Below, piece by piece: positions 44,495 to 53,988 of a stretch of DNA of 64,000 nucleotides (the first letter of the stretch is position 1; every line of letters begins with the position of its first letter). Below the pieces are notes generated by a model. That model made no database searches. It had not been told where the DNA came from and was given only the letters and a program-made list of their open reading frames with translations. The position numbers and the translations under genes are program-made. Origin of the DNA: a virus; the UHGV virus genome UHGV-1366603. One strand, given 5' to 3'.

Positions 44495-44956
44495 ATGAAA
44501 ATCTTCACTTCCTTTTTAATCGCCCTTTTCGCAATCGGATTCAATACTGCACACGCCGCAATCAATAGCTGGGAACAACTACCGAACCCAGGTCAGACTG
44601 TTTACGAAATTGAAGACACCGCCGGAAACGGACTGTCTATCAACTGTGACACTGAAACTGCGAATCGCAAATTTTACGGTCGTATGGTTTGGTATTACGG
44701 GGAACCTGTAGGTGCAACTAACGCTGAAGACAACACGATGGATATCGTCGTAAATGGCAAAACCTACAACATCCCTACGGTGGATGGCAGTGACAAAGCA
44801 GAGCTCGCTTGGGTGGCTTTCGTTAACGCTATCGGTAACGCCAAAACTTTCAGTGTGAACATCAATGGTAACGAAGCTGCTAACTTTACCGTAGAAGGCG
44901 AACGTCTGTCTGAAACTTTCTTCCAGAACTGTGGACACACCCGTCCTAACAAATAA
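44495..44956 (+). CDS. Small secreted protein 1 (signal peptide)
   Basis: MKIFTSFLIALFAIGFNTAHAA; two Cys in mature part. Confidence 0.55.
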   Translation: MKIFTSFLIALFAIGFNTAHAAINSWEQLPNPGQTVYEIEDTAGNGLSINCDTETANRKFYGRMVWYYGEPVGATNAEDNTMDIVVNGKTYNIPTVDGSDKAELAWVAFVNAIGNAKTFSVNINGNEAANFTVEGERLSETFFQNCGHTRPNK

Positions 44957-44978
44957 GTAATAATCTTTTTTAGAGTGC

Positions 44979-45371
44979 GTGAAAATGAATATCAGAACTA
45001 TACTTTATTCAATCATTATTTTCTGTGCAATCGGTATTACTGGCACTTATGCTTTCGGCGATTCGGACGTCCGCCATTACGAACCGGCTCCTGACTCGCC
45101 CATTATCAACCCGGATGAGTCCCCTACGTTAATGCGCAGTTTCGGTAAACTGCAAGTTTATCGCTTAGTACGTGGTGAAACGTGTACCGGATTACTCATT
45201 GCTGACACCCGTGCACAGGTCTACCAACGTCTGACGGATATCGCCTGCGAACAACCAAAAGTCATGTCGGTCAGTATTCATCCGTTAGAGGTCGGTAACT
45301 ATACTGCTGTGGACTTCTTCCATAATGCAGAACTGATTGGTCGTATCACTTTAAATCGTAGCGCTGAATAA
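44979..45371 (+). CDS. Small secreted protein 2 (signal peptide)
   Basis: GTG at 44979 or ATG at 44985; hydrophobic ILYSIIIFCAIGITGTYA N-terminus. Confidence 0.5.
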   Translation: MKMNIRTILYSIIIFCAIGITGTYAFGDSDVRHYEPAPDSPIINPDESPTLMRSFGKLQVYRLVRGETCTGLLIADTRAQVYQRLTDIACEQPKVMSVSIHPLEVGNYTAVDFFHNAELIGRITLNRSAE

Positions 45372-45389
45372 TTTAATGGAGAATTTACA

Positions 45390-45872
45390 ATGAAACGTTT
45401 ACACACCCTGATGCTTTTCGTGGCTATTCTGTTCACAGGCTTTACCTTTAACACAGAAGCGGCTACCGTAAAACAAGCACTTAGCTGTAACCCGGAAGCC
45501 TGGGCTGAACAACCTGGTGCGTGTCCTGACATCAATACGCTCTATACCGACGACGCGACTTATAAAGCCGCAATCGATAAAGCGTTGAAACCTGTCGGAC
45601 TAGACGGGTTATTCGGTAAAGATGGTGTAATGAATGGTCCTGGCGGCGATGTTATTCCCGTGCAAATCAACGGTAAAGTCTGGCTTGAGTCTACCGCTTG
45701 CAAAAGCAATGCTTGTGGTTGGGAATACATCACGACGCTTTATAACCCGCAGACCCATGTCGTGGTAGGTTACTATTACAACGTCGACCCAGGTTACCTG
45801 GTCTGGTTCGGCGATATCGGCGTTAACGAATTCGCCTATCTGGTTAAGAAATACGTAGCTACGGTTAATTAA
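45390..45872 (+). CDS. Small secreted protein 3 (signal peptide)
   Basis: MKRLHTLMLFVAILFTGFTFNTEAA; four Cys in mature part. Confidence 0.55.
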   Translation: MKRLHTLMLFVAILFTGFTFNTEAATVKQALSCNPEAWAEQPGACPDINTLYTDDATYKAAIDKALKPVGLDGLFGKDGVMNGPGGDVIPVQINGKVWLESTACKSNACGWEYITTLYNPQTHVVVGYYYNVDPGYLVWFGDIGVNEFAYLVKKYVATVN

Positions 45873-45887
45873 TTTAAGGAGTCTGTC

Positions 45888-46298
45888 ATGAAAACGTTTA
45901 TCAAAACTTTACTCGTTGCTGTAACTGTTCTGTTCTCTCTTAACGTAGCAGCAAAAACAATAAAGCTACCGGCGGGTATCAAATACGTCAACAGTACCGA
46001 TGAATTCTACTGCACTGAAATTGACGGCCTGTATTGCCAGACAAAGAATTTGTTTGAATACAAAGGTAACAGATATGTTTTCGTTGTTGAGCAAGGTGGT
46101 GCCTGGTGCTACGACAGCCCTATGTCGGTACTCAACCTGGAAACTTGGAAAGCACAGAAAATTGAATACAAAGACAACCAACTGTGTTCAGGCGAAAACA
46201 AACCGTTCTTCAAAATCAAAAATGGTGTGCCGACTGTAGGTATTATCGACACCTCTGGAGCACCCATCGTTGTAGCTCAGGACAAACTTAAAATCTAA
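45888..46298 (+). CDS. Small secreted protein 4 (signal peptide)
   Basis: MKTFIKTLLVAVTVLFSLNVAAK; four Cys. Confidence 0.55.
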   Translation: MKTFIKTLLVAVTVLFSLNVAAKTIKLPAGIKYVNSTDEFYCTEIDGLYCQTKNLFEYKGNRYVFVVEQGGAWCYDSPMSVLNLETWKAQKIEYKDNQLCSGENKPFFKIKNGVPTVGIIDTSGAPIVVAQDKLKI

Positions 46299-46308
46299 GG
46301 AGTAAACC

Positions 46309-46698
46309 ATGCGTCTTATCTGCGCTTTGTTGGCGTTTTTCTCAATCGGAGTTATGGCTTCTACACACATCGACGATTTATTACTTACCCCGGCAACGAA
46401 CACAGACTATCACTACAACCCACCGGGTTTTGAAGTCTGCGAAGGCGATGCAGGCGAATGCCAAGAAGTTGGCGCAGATGGACGCTATATACTCGTAAAA
46501 GCAGACGGCGGGACAACCTGCCCTGCGGGTTATTATTTCGTACTTGACGCTGTAGCAAAAGAGGTACTTCCTGTAACGACCAAAACGTGTGACCCCACAG
46601 TTGTACTAACGCTTGCGAAAAGCAAATCACGTGACCGCCATCTTATCGTCATCGAAGAACGCGGTGAGATGCTAGGCGCTATCGAATTAGATTACTGA
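46309..46698 (+). CDS. Small secreted protein 5 (signal peptide)
   Basis: MRLICALLAFFSIGVMAS; Cys pairs CEGDAGEC and CPAG...C. Confidence 0.55.
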   Translation: MRLICALLAFFSIGVMASTHIDDLLLTPATNTDYHYNPPGFEVCEGDAGECQEVGADGRYILVKADGGTTCPAGYYFVLDAVAKEVLPVTTKTCDPTVVLTLAKSKSRDRHLIVIEERGEMLGAIELDY

Positions 46699-46710
46699 TG
46701 TGTAGTCTTG

Positions 46711-46747
46711 ACCCCGGTTCGTGCCGATTCGTCCGGGGTCCTTTTTA
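46711..46747 (+). terminator. Intrinsic terminator
   Basis: Hairpin gaccccgg-(15 nt loop)-ccggggtc followed by ttttt. Confidence 0.65.
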
Positions 46748-46777
46748 CGACCTGTTTTACCTAAAGGAGAATTAAAA

Positions 46778-47254
46778 ATGCGTTTATCTAATGTTTATCA
46801 AGCGGCCCAATTCCATCACGAACTGACGGCTAAGCCTGAATATATTCGCCACAACTTAACGGTGGCTTGGAAACTGCTATTGATTGCTGACGCAGCACGG
46901 CACAACGACCAGGAAACTATTATCAAAACCGTGCGTACTTTACGCCCTATTGACCTGGAAACAATTTGGTCGTTTGACTTAATTCGAATTTATCATCGTC
47001 GTTTTAATGCGGCGGTGGATGCGATACGTCCTTATTTCCACTATTTGCAAGCAACATCAGACTGTGGTCCATCCTTAGAGTGGGTCTTGGTACAAAGCGT
47101 ATGGAGCGATTACATTTATCTCCTATCTTTAGAGACGGGTGAATGCATTATCGCTAACGAGGTATTCTCAACCAACGCTGAAATGTATCGTTCCCACGCT
47201 ACTATCCAGGGTGTCTCACAGCCTATCTTATCACTCACGCACTTAGGGCTGTGA
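46778..47254 (+). CDS. Hypothetical protein
   Basis: Start trimmed to ATG 46778 (RBS aaaggaga) because the track's 46721 start lies inside the terminator hairpin. Confidence 0.5.
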   Translation: MRLSNVYQAAQFHHELTAKPEYIRHNLTVAWKLLLIADAARHNDQETIIKTVRTLRPIDLETIWSFDLIRIYHRRFNAAVDAIRPYFHYLQATSDCGPSLEWVLVQSVWSDYIYLLSLETGECIIANEVFSTNAEMYRSHATIQGVSQPILSLTHLGL

Positions 47255-47261
47255 TTAGCCC

Positions 47262-47289
47262 GGCCCCGCTGTGTACGGGGCTTCTTTTT
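47262..47289 (+). terminator. Intrinsic terminator
   Basis: Hairpin gccccg-ctgtgta-cggggc followed by T-run. Confidence 0.7.
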
Positions 47290-47308
47290 TGCCCAAGGAA
47301 ACTGAAAC

Positions 47309-47917
47309 ATGAACGAAATTACTTTGGTTCGTTTTATTGAAGCGATGCATCTAAACGAAGCTAATCCGCACTCTCCGTTATTCATCGATTTAATGGAGGA
47401 AGAAGTCGAAGGGTTCTTAGCGTACCCGCGTTTGAAAGACTACTTCGAACGTAAAACACCAACCGCTTACGAAAAGCTGATGTACGCGTTAGATAACCGT
47501 ACTACGCTAAACAATACGCCGTTTAAAGCGCTGGAAGCAATAGACCCTACCGGGGGTGCAGGTATCCCACAACGTGTTGTGTTCTACTACATCGACAACG
47601 GACGTATTAAAGCCGACGTTGTAAACTGGATCTCCGAAGGGGAAATCCCAGAAACGCGTACTTTTAACCTCTGTCCGGTAGAAGAAGGTTGGGTTGCAGG
47701 AACGCATTATTCCTATCCGTATCAAAGCATCAAATCACCTTATCTGTATCCGGTGTATTTAGATGACGTTACGCCAGGGAAATGTATTCCCGTTACCAAT
47801 CTGATTTGTTTACTGACGATGGAAGTTGTTGCGTCGGACGCAGGCCAGGCTTGGGTTGAGCAATCGAAGAATATCCAAAACTGGCAGGAGATGGGTTACA
47901 AACTCTATCAGCCGTAA
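47309..47917 (+). CDS. Hypothetical protein
   Basis: 202-aa ORF with RBS aaggaaa; no phosphoesterase (Mre11/SbcD) motifs seen. Confidence 0.5.
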   Translation: MNEITLVRFIEAMHLNEANPHSPLFIDLMEEEVEGFLAYPRLKDYFERKTPTAYEKLMYALDNRTTLNNTPFKALEAIDPTGGAGIPQRVVFYYIDNGRIKADVVNWISEGEIPETRTFNLCPVEEGWVAGTHYSYPYQSIKSPYLYPVYLDDVTPGKCIPVTNLICLLTMEVVASDAGQAWVEQSKNIQNWQEMGYKLYQP

Positions 47918-47924
47918 TACCACG

Positions 47925-47974
47925 AGAGAACCTTCGGGTTCTCTCCCTTCTCTTTTATTTTTTTTTCTTTTTAC
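47925..47974 (+). terminator. Intrinsic terminator
   Basis: Hairpin gagagaacc-ttcg-ggttctctc followed by a T-run longer than 15 nt. Confidence 0.75.
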
Positions 47975-48002
47975 ACCACGCTCCGTGAATATGGAGGTGG
48001 AC

Positions 48003-50507
48003 ATGTTAAAAGTTGAACGTATTGTACTTAAAGGATTTACCGGAATGGGATTACACGAAATCGAAACCTTCGATTTTACTATCCATTCCCCGACCACCAT
48101 TATCCTCGGTGGTAACGGGTGCGGTAAGACCAGCTTACTGTCCGTGTTTCTACCTATCGCACCTTCGAAATCCGAATTCCGTGACGGGGGTTCTTACACC
48201 AACATCTGTTTGGTTAACGACCATCGTTACAAATTTAAGGTTGCACGTAAAGGCAACTCACTGGTTTGCGATATCGAGAACCTGACGACGGGTACCAAAA
48301 TCGTCGAACAAGGTAATGCGAAAGTGTATAACTCTCGTGTAGAAGAAATCACGGGCATTACAAAAGAGATTAAAGAGTTACTGAACGGAGAAGTGCTTTT
48401 AACGGATGCAGGAACGGAGCTGCGTCGTAAGTGGTTCTACCGTTTAAGTACGTCAGACTTAACTTACGCGTTAGGTTTTTATCAACGTTTACGAAAAAAC
48501 CTGACGATGCTAAACGGTGGTATTGAAATCACCAGCCGTAAAATTGCAGAGTTGCGTACCCGCGTAATTGATAACGAGGAAGAACGTCAGCAGTTAGCAA
48601 CACGGTTAAAAGCATTAGAAGTAGATTTACGTGAACTCAACAAACAGATTGAACAACTGCCTGGTCTGAATCGTGACGTTACGGTGGCAACTATTCAATC
48701 GCTATTGCTTAAAATCGAAGCACCGATTAATGCTATCTTGGAACACCGTGGCGGATTACCTACGGAAGAACAGGTAGAGGAAGCACGACGGATTGAAGCC
48801 ACTGCCCGTGAAGCGGTGGTCTCTGCTGAAACAGAACTATCCATGCTAAACAAAGATTTGTCTTTGTTGATGGACGAGTCCACTCGCCAAGATTACCTGA
48901 TGCGGAATCACGAGGGGTTAAAAAACACGGTTGCGAAACTGCGCGAGTTATTAAAGCAGTGGGACACTGAGCATCTTTTCCCTGAACTGTTTGCGGAGAC
49001 CGTTAACATCGACCAGCTTAAAGCAGCGACGGATGCGCGTGTCTGGGGACAACGTTTAGGAACAACGCTGGATGCTATTAAATCAACGGAACGGTTGAAC
49101 GTACTGGAAGAGAAACTGTTGACCTTAGACCAAAACTCATCTGGGTTGCGTGACCGGTTACAACGCGTTGAAAACGTATTGCAGAACCTCAACCACGAAC
49201 GGAATCACTATTTGGAAACTGCCGAGGTTGATTGTCCGCAGTGTCAATTTAAATTCCGTCCGGGTGTCCGTCGATCGCTGCCTGAATTGGAAGAAGCCAT
49301 TCGTGGTCAGATGGAGCAACGTAATACGTTACAGACTCAACTTGATTCCGTATTGCGAGACCGTACGGAATTAGAGTCAGACGTTAATTACATGCGTCAA
49401 GTACGGGAAATTGTTTTAACATACTCGAAAGACCCGGTATTGAGCTTGTTCTTTAAACGACTCCAGGAGCGGAATGTCTTTACGGATAACCGTAGTCAGT
49501 TTGGTAGTTTGTGCGCAGAGTTTGATCGTGAACTTTATTCTGCAATTGAGTACCACGAAACGAAACACCGTTTCGCTAAAGCGGAAAAAGAGTGGGAAAA
49601 TGCAGTTGCAGCGGTAGGTAACGTTGACGGTGCACTACAGCAGAAAATTGCCTTCCAGCAGGAACGTTTGGGTAAGGCAACAGAAACGCTCTCAGAGCGC
49701 CGTAGAGAGCACGCAGTTGCTAATGATACCTTTTGTTATCTAAACGAACTTAAAGCCACTGTAGACAATTTTAATGCGGTTTTTGAGCGTTTAGAGAACG
49801 ATGTTAAGGTAACATTAACCAACACGGTGGTCGAAACGTTATTAAACGCCCGAGAAAACAAGTTGGATGCGTTCACCACAGCACGGGAACGGTACCGTCA
49901 GATGGAAAACGAACTCAACCAACTTACTGCGTTAGAAAAGGAGTTATCAGATTTACAAGCGCAGCAATTCAATAACAAGCTGATGATTCAAGCGTTCTCA
50001 CCTGAGAAAGGGGTATTACGCAAATACTTCTACAACGCTATCGTGAGAATCACGGAATTGATGACGCGGTATATCGAACAAGTCTGGACCTACCCTATGC
50101 GGGTCATGCCGTGCGACTTAACCGACGGTGACTTAGACTACACGTTCCCAGTGCAGTTGAAAACCCATCCTGAGCCGGTACCTGACGTGCGGAAAGGGTC
50201 GAAAGCGCAGCGAGCCATCTTTAATTTGATGTTTCGTTTAACCGCTTACAAAGCCCTGAAACTTCATCAGTATCCGCTACTGTTGGATGAACCGTCAGAA
50301 GGGATGGATGAGGAACACCGAAATAACCTCGTCGGGTTTATTAAAACCCTGGCGAATTCCGGTGAGTTCTCTCAGTTACTGGTGGTATCTCACGAAGCAG
50401 AAATTCATTCAAAACTTAACGAAGCCGCATACTGTGTTATTGAACCTGAAGGCGTAACACTGCCTGCGGTATACAACGAGGGAGTAAAAATTGTCTACGC
50501 AAACTGA
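48003..50507 (+). CDS. SbcC/Rad50-like SMC-family ATPase
   Basis: Start trimmed to ATG 48003 (RBS ggaggtgg). Walker A GGNGCGKTS; long central coiled coil with CPQC zinc-hook-like motif; C-terminal LLLDEPSEGMDEEH (Walker B) and VVSHE. Confidence 0.7.
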   Translation: MLKVERIVLKGFTGMGLHEIETFDFTIHSPTTIILGGNGCGKTSLLSVFLPIAPSKSEFRDGGSYTNICLVNDHRYKFKVARKGNSLVCDIENLTTGTKIVEQGNAKVYNSRVEEITGITKEIKELLNGEVLLTDAGTELRRKWFYRLSTSDLTYALGFYQRLRKNLTMLNGGIEITSRKIAELRTRVIDNEEERQQLATRLKALEVDLRELNKQIEQLPGLNRDVTVATIQSLLLKIEAPINAILEHRGGLPTEEQVEEARRIEATAREAVVSAETELSMLNKDLSLLMDESTRQDYLMRNHEGLKNTVAKLRELLKQWDTEHLFPELFAETVNIDQLKAATDARVWGQRLGTTLDAIKSTERLNVLEEKLLTLDQNSSGLRDRLQRVENVLQNLNHERNHYLETAEVDCPQCQFKFRPGVRRSLPELEEAIRGQMEQRNTLQTQLDSVLRDRTELESDVNYMRQVREIVLTYSKDPVLSLFFKRLQERNVFTDNRSQFGSLCAEFDRELYSAIEYHETKHRFAKAEKEWENAVAAVGNVDGALQQKIAFQQERLGKATETLSERRREHAVANDTFCYLNELKATVDNFNAVFERLENDVKVTLTNTVVETLLNARENKLDAFTTARERYRQMENELNQLTALEKELSDLQAQQFNNKLMIQAFSPEKGVLRKYFYNAIVRITELMTRYIEQVWTYPMRVMPCDLTDGDLDYTFPVQLKTHPEPVPDVRKGSKAQRAIFNLMFRLTAYKALKLHQYPLLLDEPSEGMDEEHRNNLVGFIKTLANSGEFSQLLVVSHEAEIHSKLNEAAYCVIEPEGVTLPAVYNEGVKIVYAN

Positions 50508-50691
50508 TTGGTGGCGTCAGTTACTAAGCGTTTTAGGGTTTAGCGTCATGGTGCTGGTTGCCATTCTGTACGTGCTATTTTGTATAACGGCGATTTTATG
50601 GGTGGTCTTAGCGTACGCGATTAGACTCGCCTGGGGTTCAATTTGGCACCAACGCGAATGTGAGTGGCGGTGTGTTGGAGGGAAGTCATGA
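50491..50691 (+). CDS. Small membrane protein
   Basis: TTG start with RBS ggag; hydrophobic stretch LLSVLGFSVMVLVAILYVLFCITAILWVVLAYAI. Confidence 0.4.
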   Translation: MSTQTDWWRQLLSVLGFSVMVLVAILYVLFCITAILWVVLAYAIRLAWGSIWHQRECEWRCVGGKS

Positions 50692-50798
50692 TTGAGGGTA
50701 TTCTGTTAACACTTGGGTCGTTGTGGATTATTGGGAAATCCCTCAACTGGCTGATTAATAAGTACGGATGGGCTTTCAAAGGCTCTACGCACAGTTAA
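50688..50798 (+). CDS. Small hydrophobic peptide (36 aa)
   Basis: ATGA overlap with the previous ORF; MIEGILLTLGSLWIIGKSLNWLINKYGWAFKGSTHS. Confidence 0.25.
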   Translation: MIEGILLTLGSLWIIGKSLNWLINKYGWAFKGSTHS

Positions 50799-50848
50799 GT
50801 TAGAACCCCCTCCTGGGTAACTGGGAGGGCGTTTTACGAGGGAAAACC

Positions 50849-50977
50849 ATGACTGTTGTCAATACTACCAATGCTGCAATTGGCGCTTTATACAACGCGG
50901 AACTAACATGGGGTGCGGGTTTTATCACCGTACTGCTTCTCGCCGCAGCCGCTTTTATCATTGGACGTTGGTTTTAA
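50849..50977 (+). CDS. Small hydrophobic peptide (42 aa)
   Basis: RBS gagggaaaacc; MTVVNTTNAAIGALYNAELTWGAGFITVLLLAAAAFIIGRWF. Confidence 0.3.
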   Translation: MTVVNTTNAAIGALYNAELTWGAGFITVLLLAAAAFIIGRWF

Positions 50978-51010
50978 TTTCATCTTTTTTGCGTCTGTAA
51001 GGTCTGATAA

Positions 51011-51454
51011 ATGGAAATTTATTTGTTGAACGCACTTTCTAAAATCGGTGAAGAACAAGCGAAAGATTTACTCGCACTTCATTACCGTTACTTAGATCAT
51101 CAAGCAACGATGCTGAAAATCAAAACCGCTGTACCGAAATTAAACGTGCGTCAACTGATCGAAGGCAACTGTGTTGTTCTGATTTATATCGACGATGTTG
51201 CGGTGGGTTATTGCAGTTACCGCAATCGCAACGGGGTACTCAAAATTCGTTCGTTATACGTGCTGCCTGATTACCGTCAACGCGGGGTAATGAAAGAAAT
51301 CTTCAAAGCGATAGCCGCTGATGAAGCATTCGGTGAAATTGCCATTGGGATGTACACGAAGTGCAAAGAAGCGAAAGAGTATTTCATTCGTCGTGGCTAC
51401 AAAGCAACCTATTCTCACGATAAAGAATGGGTGGATTTCAGCAAAACTTTCTAA
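51011..51454 (+). CDS. Possible GNAT-family acetyltransferase
   Basis: 147 aa; LYVLPDYRQRGVMKEIF loosely fits GNAT motif A; weak. Confidence 0.4.
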   Translation: MEIYLLNALSKIGEEQAKDLLALHYRYLDHQATMLKIKTAVPKLNVRQLIEGNCVVLIYIDDVAVGYCSYRNRNGVLKIRSLYVLPDYRQRGVMKEIFKAIAADEAFGEIAIGMYTKCKEAKEYFIRRGYKATYSHDKEWVDFSKTF

Positions 51455-51520
51455 AACAATAAAGGCTCTCTTGACGTTCCTCACTATGAGTGTGAGATTT
51501 TTACGTCAGGAGAGCTACTT

Positions 51521-51757
51521 ATGTTAAACAGTTTCGGTGTAGGTGGAATGGATACAAGCATTTGCTGGAAAGAATACGAACGCGCAAAAGCATTTCTCCA
51601 GCATCCCAACGTGGGTAAGATCGGTCAGGTGTGTTTTGGTAAACCTGAACTGACGGCCTGTATTCAAGGTGCGTTAGGAACGCTGCCACCTGAATCACCT
51701 TTCGAGCCTAAGGAGAATCCAGATGTTACCAGGAACCCAAACCCCGTATCTATTTAG
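51521..51757 (+). CDS. Hypothetical protein
   Basis: 78-aa ORF. Confidence 0.4.
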   Translation: MLNSFGVGGMDTSICWKEYERAKAFLQHPNVGKIGQVCFGKPELTACIQGALGTLPPESPFEPKENPDVTRNPNPVSI

Positions 51758-52097
51758 TGAACCACTGGATAACAGCGACATCTTACAAATCTGTTATCAG
51801 TGTCACGAAATCGGTGGTAGCGAACTTACGCGGATTAATAAACTACTGTGGCTGATTCCAGAAATCGAATTACCGTTCGTTAAACCGAGTTTGTGGCGTC
51901 GTGGTGCGTGTCGTGAAGCGTATATGCTGTCAAAATTTAACATTAATCTGGAGAAAGTCTGGGAGAAAATGAATGATGCTCAAACCCGAGAACAGATTAC
52001 GCACACGCTGGAATTGCATCTTGCCATGAAACGCCTCGGTCTTGAGCATGAAGGGCTAGAGTCCGTTATCAGTCAATGGGTGAAAAGGAATCGTTAA
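51723..52097 (+). CDS. Hypothetical protein
   Basis: 124-aa ORF overlapping the previous by 35 nt. Confidence 0.4.
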   Translation: MLPGTQTPYLFSEPLDNSDILQICYQCHEIGGSELTRINKLLWLIPEIELPFVKPSLWRRGACREAYMLSKFNINLEKVWEKMNDAQTREQITHTLELHLAMKRLGLEHEGLESVISQWVKRNR

Positions 52098-52170
52098 TGT
52101 CTAAAACGTATATAGCGATTTTGGTTGAGTTAGCGATTGGCGGAACGCGGTTTATCCCTGTGCATCAATT

Positions 52171-52695
52171 ATGCTTACCTCACTCGGTAAGACCGTTATG
52201 CTAACGATACTTCCAGAATCGGTTATTGACAACGACCTGTTTAACGCCCCTGAGCGCTTCAAGGTCGTTACGATAAATTGCGTAGGGGCAATGGGTCGGG
52301 GTATCGCTTTAGCGTGCAGAGAACGCTATCCTGGGCTTTATCAGGACTACCGGGAACGTTGCTTCGCTAACGAAATACGAATAGGGAATGTGTACGTTTA
52401 TCCCGAGGAAAACTGCATTCTCTTACCAACCAAAACACATTGGAAACTAAAATCCCAGGTTTCTTATGTTATCGCGGGTATCACCGCGTTGGCAGATGCC
52501 GCAGAAAACTTAGAGGGTGGGGTGGCTTTACCGCCGTTAGGGATGGCTAACGGTTGGTTGACAAAAGCTGAACGTCAACAAATCTTTTTGTTTATCGAAA
52601 AGAAACTCGTACCGAGGAGACAACATTACCGTTTCTATTTACCCGATACGCTTTATCAAGAAGCAAAACCTTTAATTCCAAACCTTTTTAAATAG
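52171..52695 (+). CDS. Hypothetical protein, possible macro-domain-like (ADP-ribose binding/processing) fold
   Basis: VVTINCVGAMGRGIALACRERYPGLY resembles the N-x-V/G-x-M-G-x-G-I-A stretch of some macro-domain families; recognition from memory only. Confidence 0.35.
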   Translation: MLTSLGKTVMLTILPESVIDNDLFNAPERFKVVTINCVGAMGRGIALACRERYPGLYQDYRERCFANEIRIGNVYVYPEENCILLPTKTHWKLKSQVSYVIAGITALADAAENLEGGVALPPLGMANGWLTKAERQQIFLFIEKKLVPRRQHYRFYLPDTLYQEAKPLIPNLFK

Positions 52696-52795
52696 ATATT
52701 ATCATTAGGGCACACAACAAAGGAGTTCCAGCTGTCCGCGCCGTGATTTCGTTCTACGGAACACGGAAATGTATAAATCCAACTGGAGAACTAGT

Positions 52796-53482
52796 ATGTT
52801 TCGTATTTTCTTTCTTTTACTGGTAACACTTTTCGCGTTTAACGCATACGCATCCAAATCCGCACCCAGTGCCAAACACCATCGTGAATTCGAAATGATT
52901 CAAGACCGTTTCGAACGTGTAAAACCGTTGATTGTGGAAATCTCCCGAAAGCAGGGCGTCGATCCTAAGTTGATGACCACGCTAATCTATCGGGAATCGC
53001 GGTTTAATCCGAAGGCGTATAATCGAACGTCTAAAGCGCACAGTCTGGTTCAGATGCTACCGAGCACAAAGCGTAATTTGCTAAAACTCTACGGTGCCGA
53101 AATCGGACTTAGTCGTAACGCGGATTTGTATAATCCTCGTAATGCGGTGCTATTGGCTTCCGTCTACGTTAAACATTTAGAAAAGGGGTTGACTAAACGA
53201 CTCAAACGCAAGCCCACTATTGCAGAAATTGCATTGGCTTATCACTGGGGTGAAAGTGGTGCACACGCCAGGATTAAAAGCAAGTCTCGGGCAGCACAAC
53301 GAGAAATGGCGAGCTTTATGAAAGATGCAACGTTCTACAGTGCGAAAATCGACAAGCCTGTAGCATCTCGTCAGCTTGCGTTTGCGAAGAAACCAGAACG
53401 CCAGATTCAGTTAGCGGAAGTTAACCGAATTTGGGATACGATAAACACCAGTTTTCCATTTAAACAAGGAGTCACCCTTTGA
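52796..53482 (+). CDS. Lytic transglycosylase (SLT domain) with signal peptide
   Basis: Start at ATG 52796 (RBS ggaga). Signal peptide MFRIFFLLLVTLFAFNAYA; catalytic-region pattern LIYRESRFNPKAYN...AHSLVQMLPST...AYHWGE typical of SLT-type transglycosylases. Confidence 0.7.
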   Translation: MFRIFFLLLVTLFAFNAYASKSAPSAKHHREFEMIQDRFERVKPLIVEISRKQGVDPKLMTTLIYRESRFNPKAYNRTSKAHSLVQMLPSTKRNLLKLYGAEIGLSRNADLYNPRNAVLLASVYVKHLEKGLTKRLKRKPTIAEIALAYHWGESGAHARIKSKSRAAQREMASFMKDATFYSAKIDKPVASRQLAFAKKPERQIQLAEVNRIWDTINTSFPFKQGVTL

Positions 53483-53988
53483 GCATCGTTGTAACCGATT
53501 GGTATAAAGGTATCACTAAGGCTACCCAAATTACTGCCCAGGACGTGTACAGTATCGTTCGTAGCAGTAACGAAGACCAGATAAAGTCCGACGAAGACTT
53601 TGCAACGCGTCATGAGTTTTACGATGCCCTTAAAACGGCTTTCGGTGATGACGAAGAAGAAGGTTTAGAGTTTGACTGGAACGTCAACCTTGCCTTGTTG
53701 TGGATTTGCGGATTACGTCCGAGTGTGAAAGACACGGAGCAAGGGAAAGTTCTGTTGTGGCGCTACACCGGTAAATACAATCCGAACCAGGTCTTTAAAG
53801 AAGCGTATATGGAAGCCACTGTAGAGTTACAGAATCTGCTGTTGGGTGAGAACACCTACTGTCAACGCAGCTTCCTGACGATTCTGGAGAAACTGGCGAC
53901 TACACACAAAATCTGGCGTCAAGCAGATGCCCCTGAACACATCTTCGTTCTGGAATATGCTGTGATTCCAAACCAACCGTTCTTTTAA
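53479..53988 (+). CDS. Hypothetical protein
   Basis: 169-aa ORF with TTG start overlapping the upstream stop. Confidence 0.4.
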   Translation: MSIVVTDWYKGITKATQITAQDVYSIVRSSNEDQIKSDEDFATRHEFYDALKTAFGDDEEEGLEFDWNVNLALLWICGLRPSVKDTEQGKVLLWRYTGKYNPNQVFKEAYMEATVELQNLLLGENTYCQRSFLTILEKLATTHKIWRQADAPEHIFVLEYAVIPNQPFF

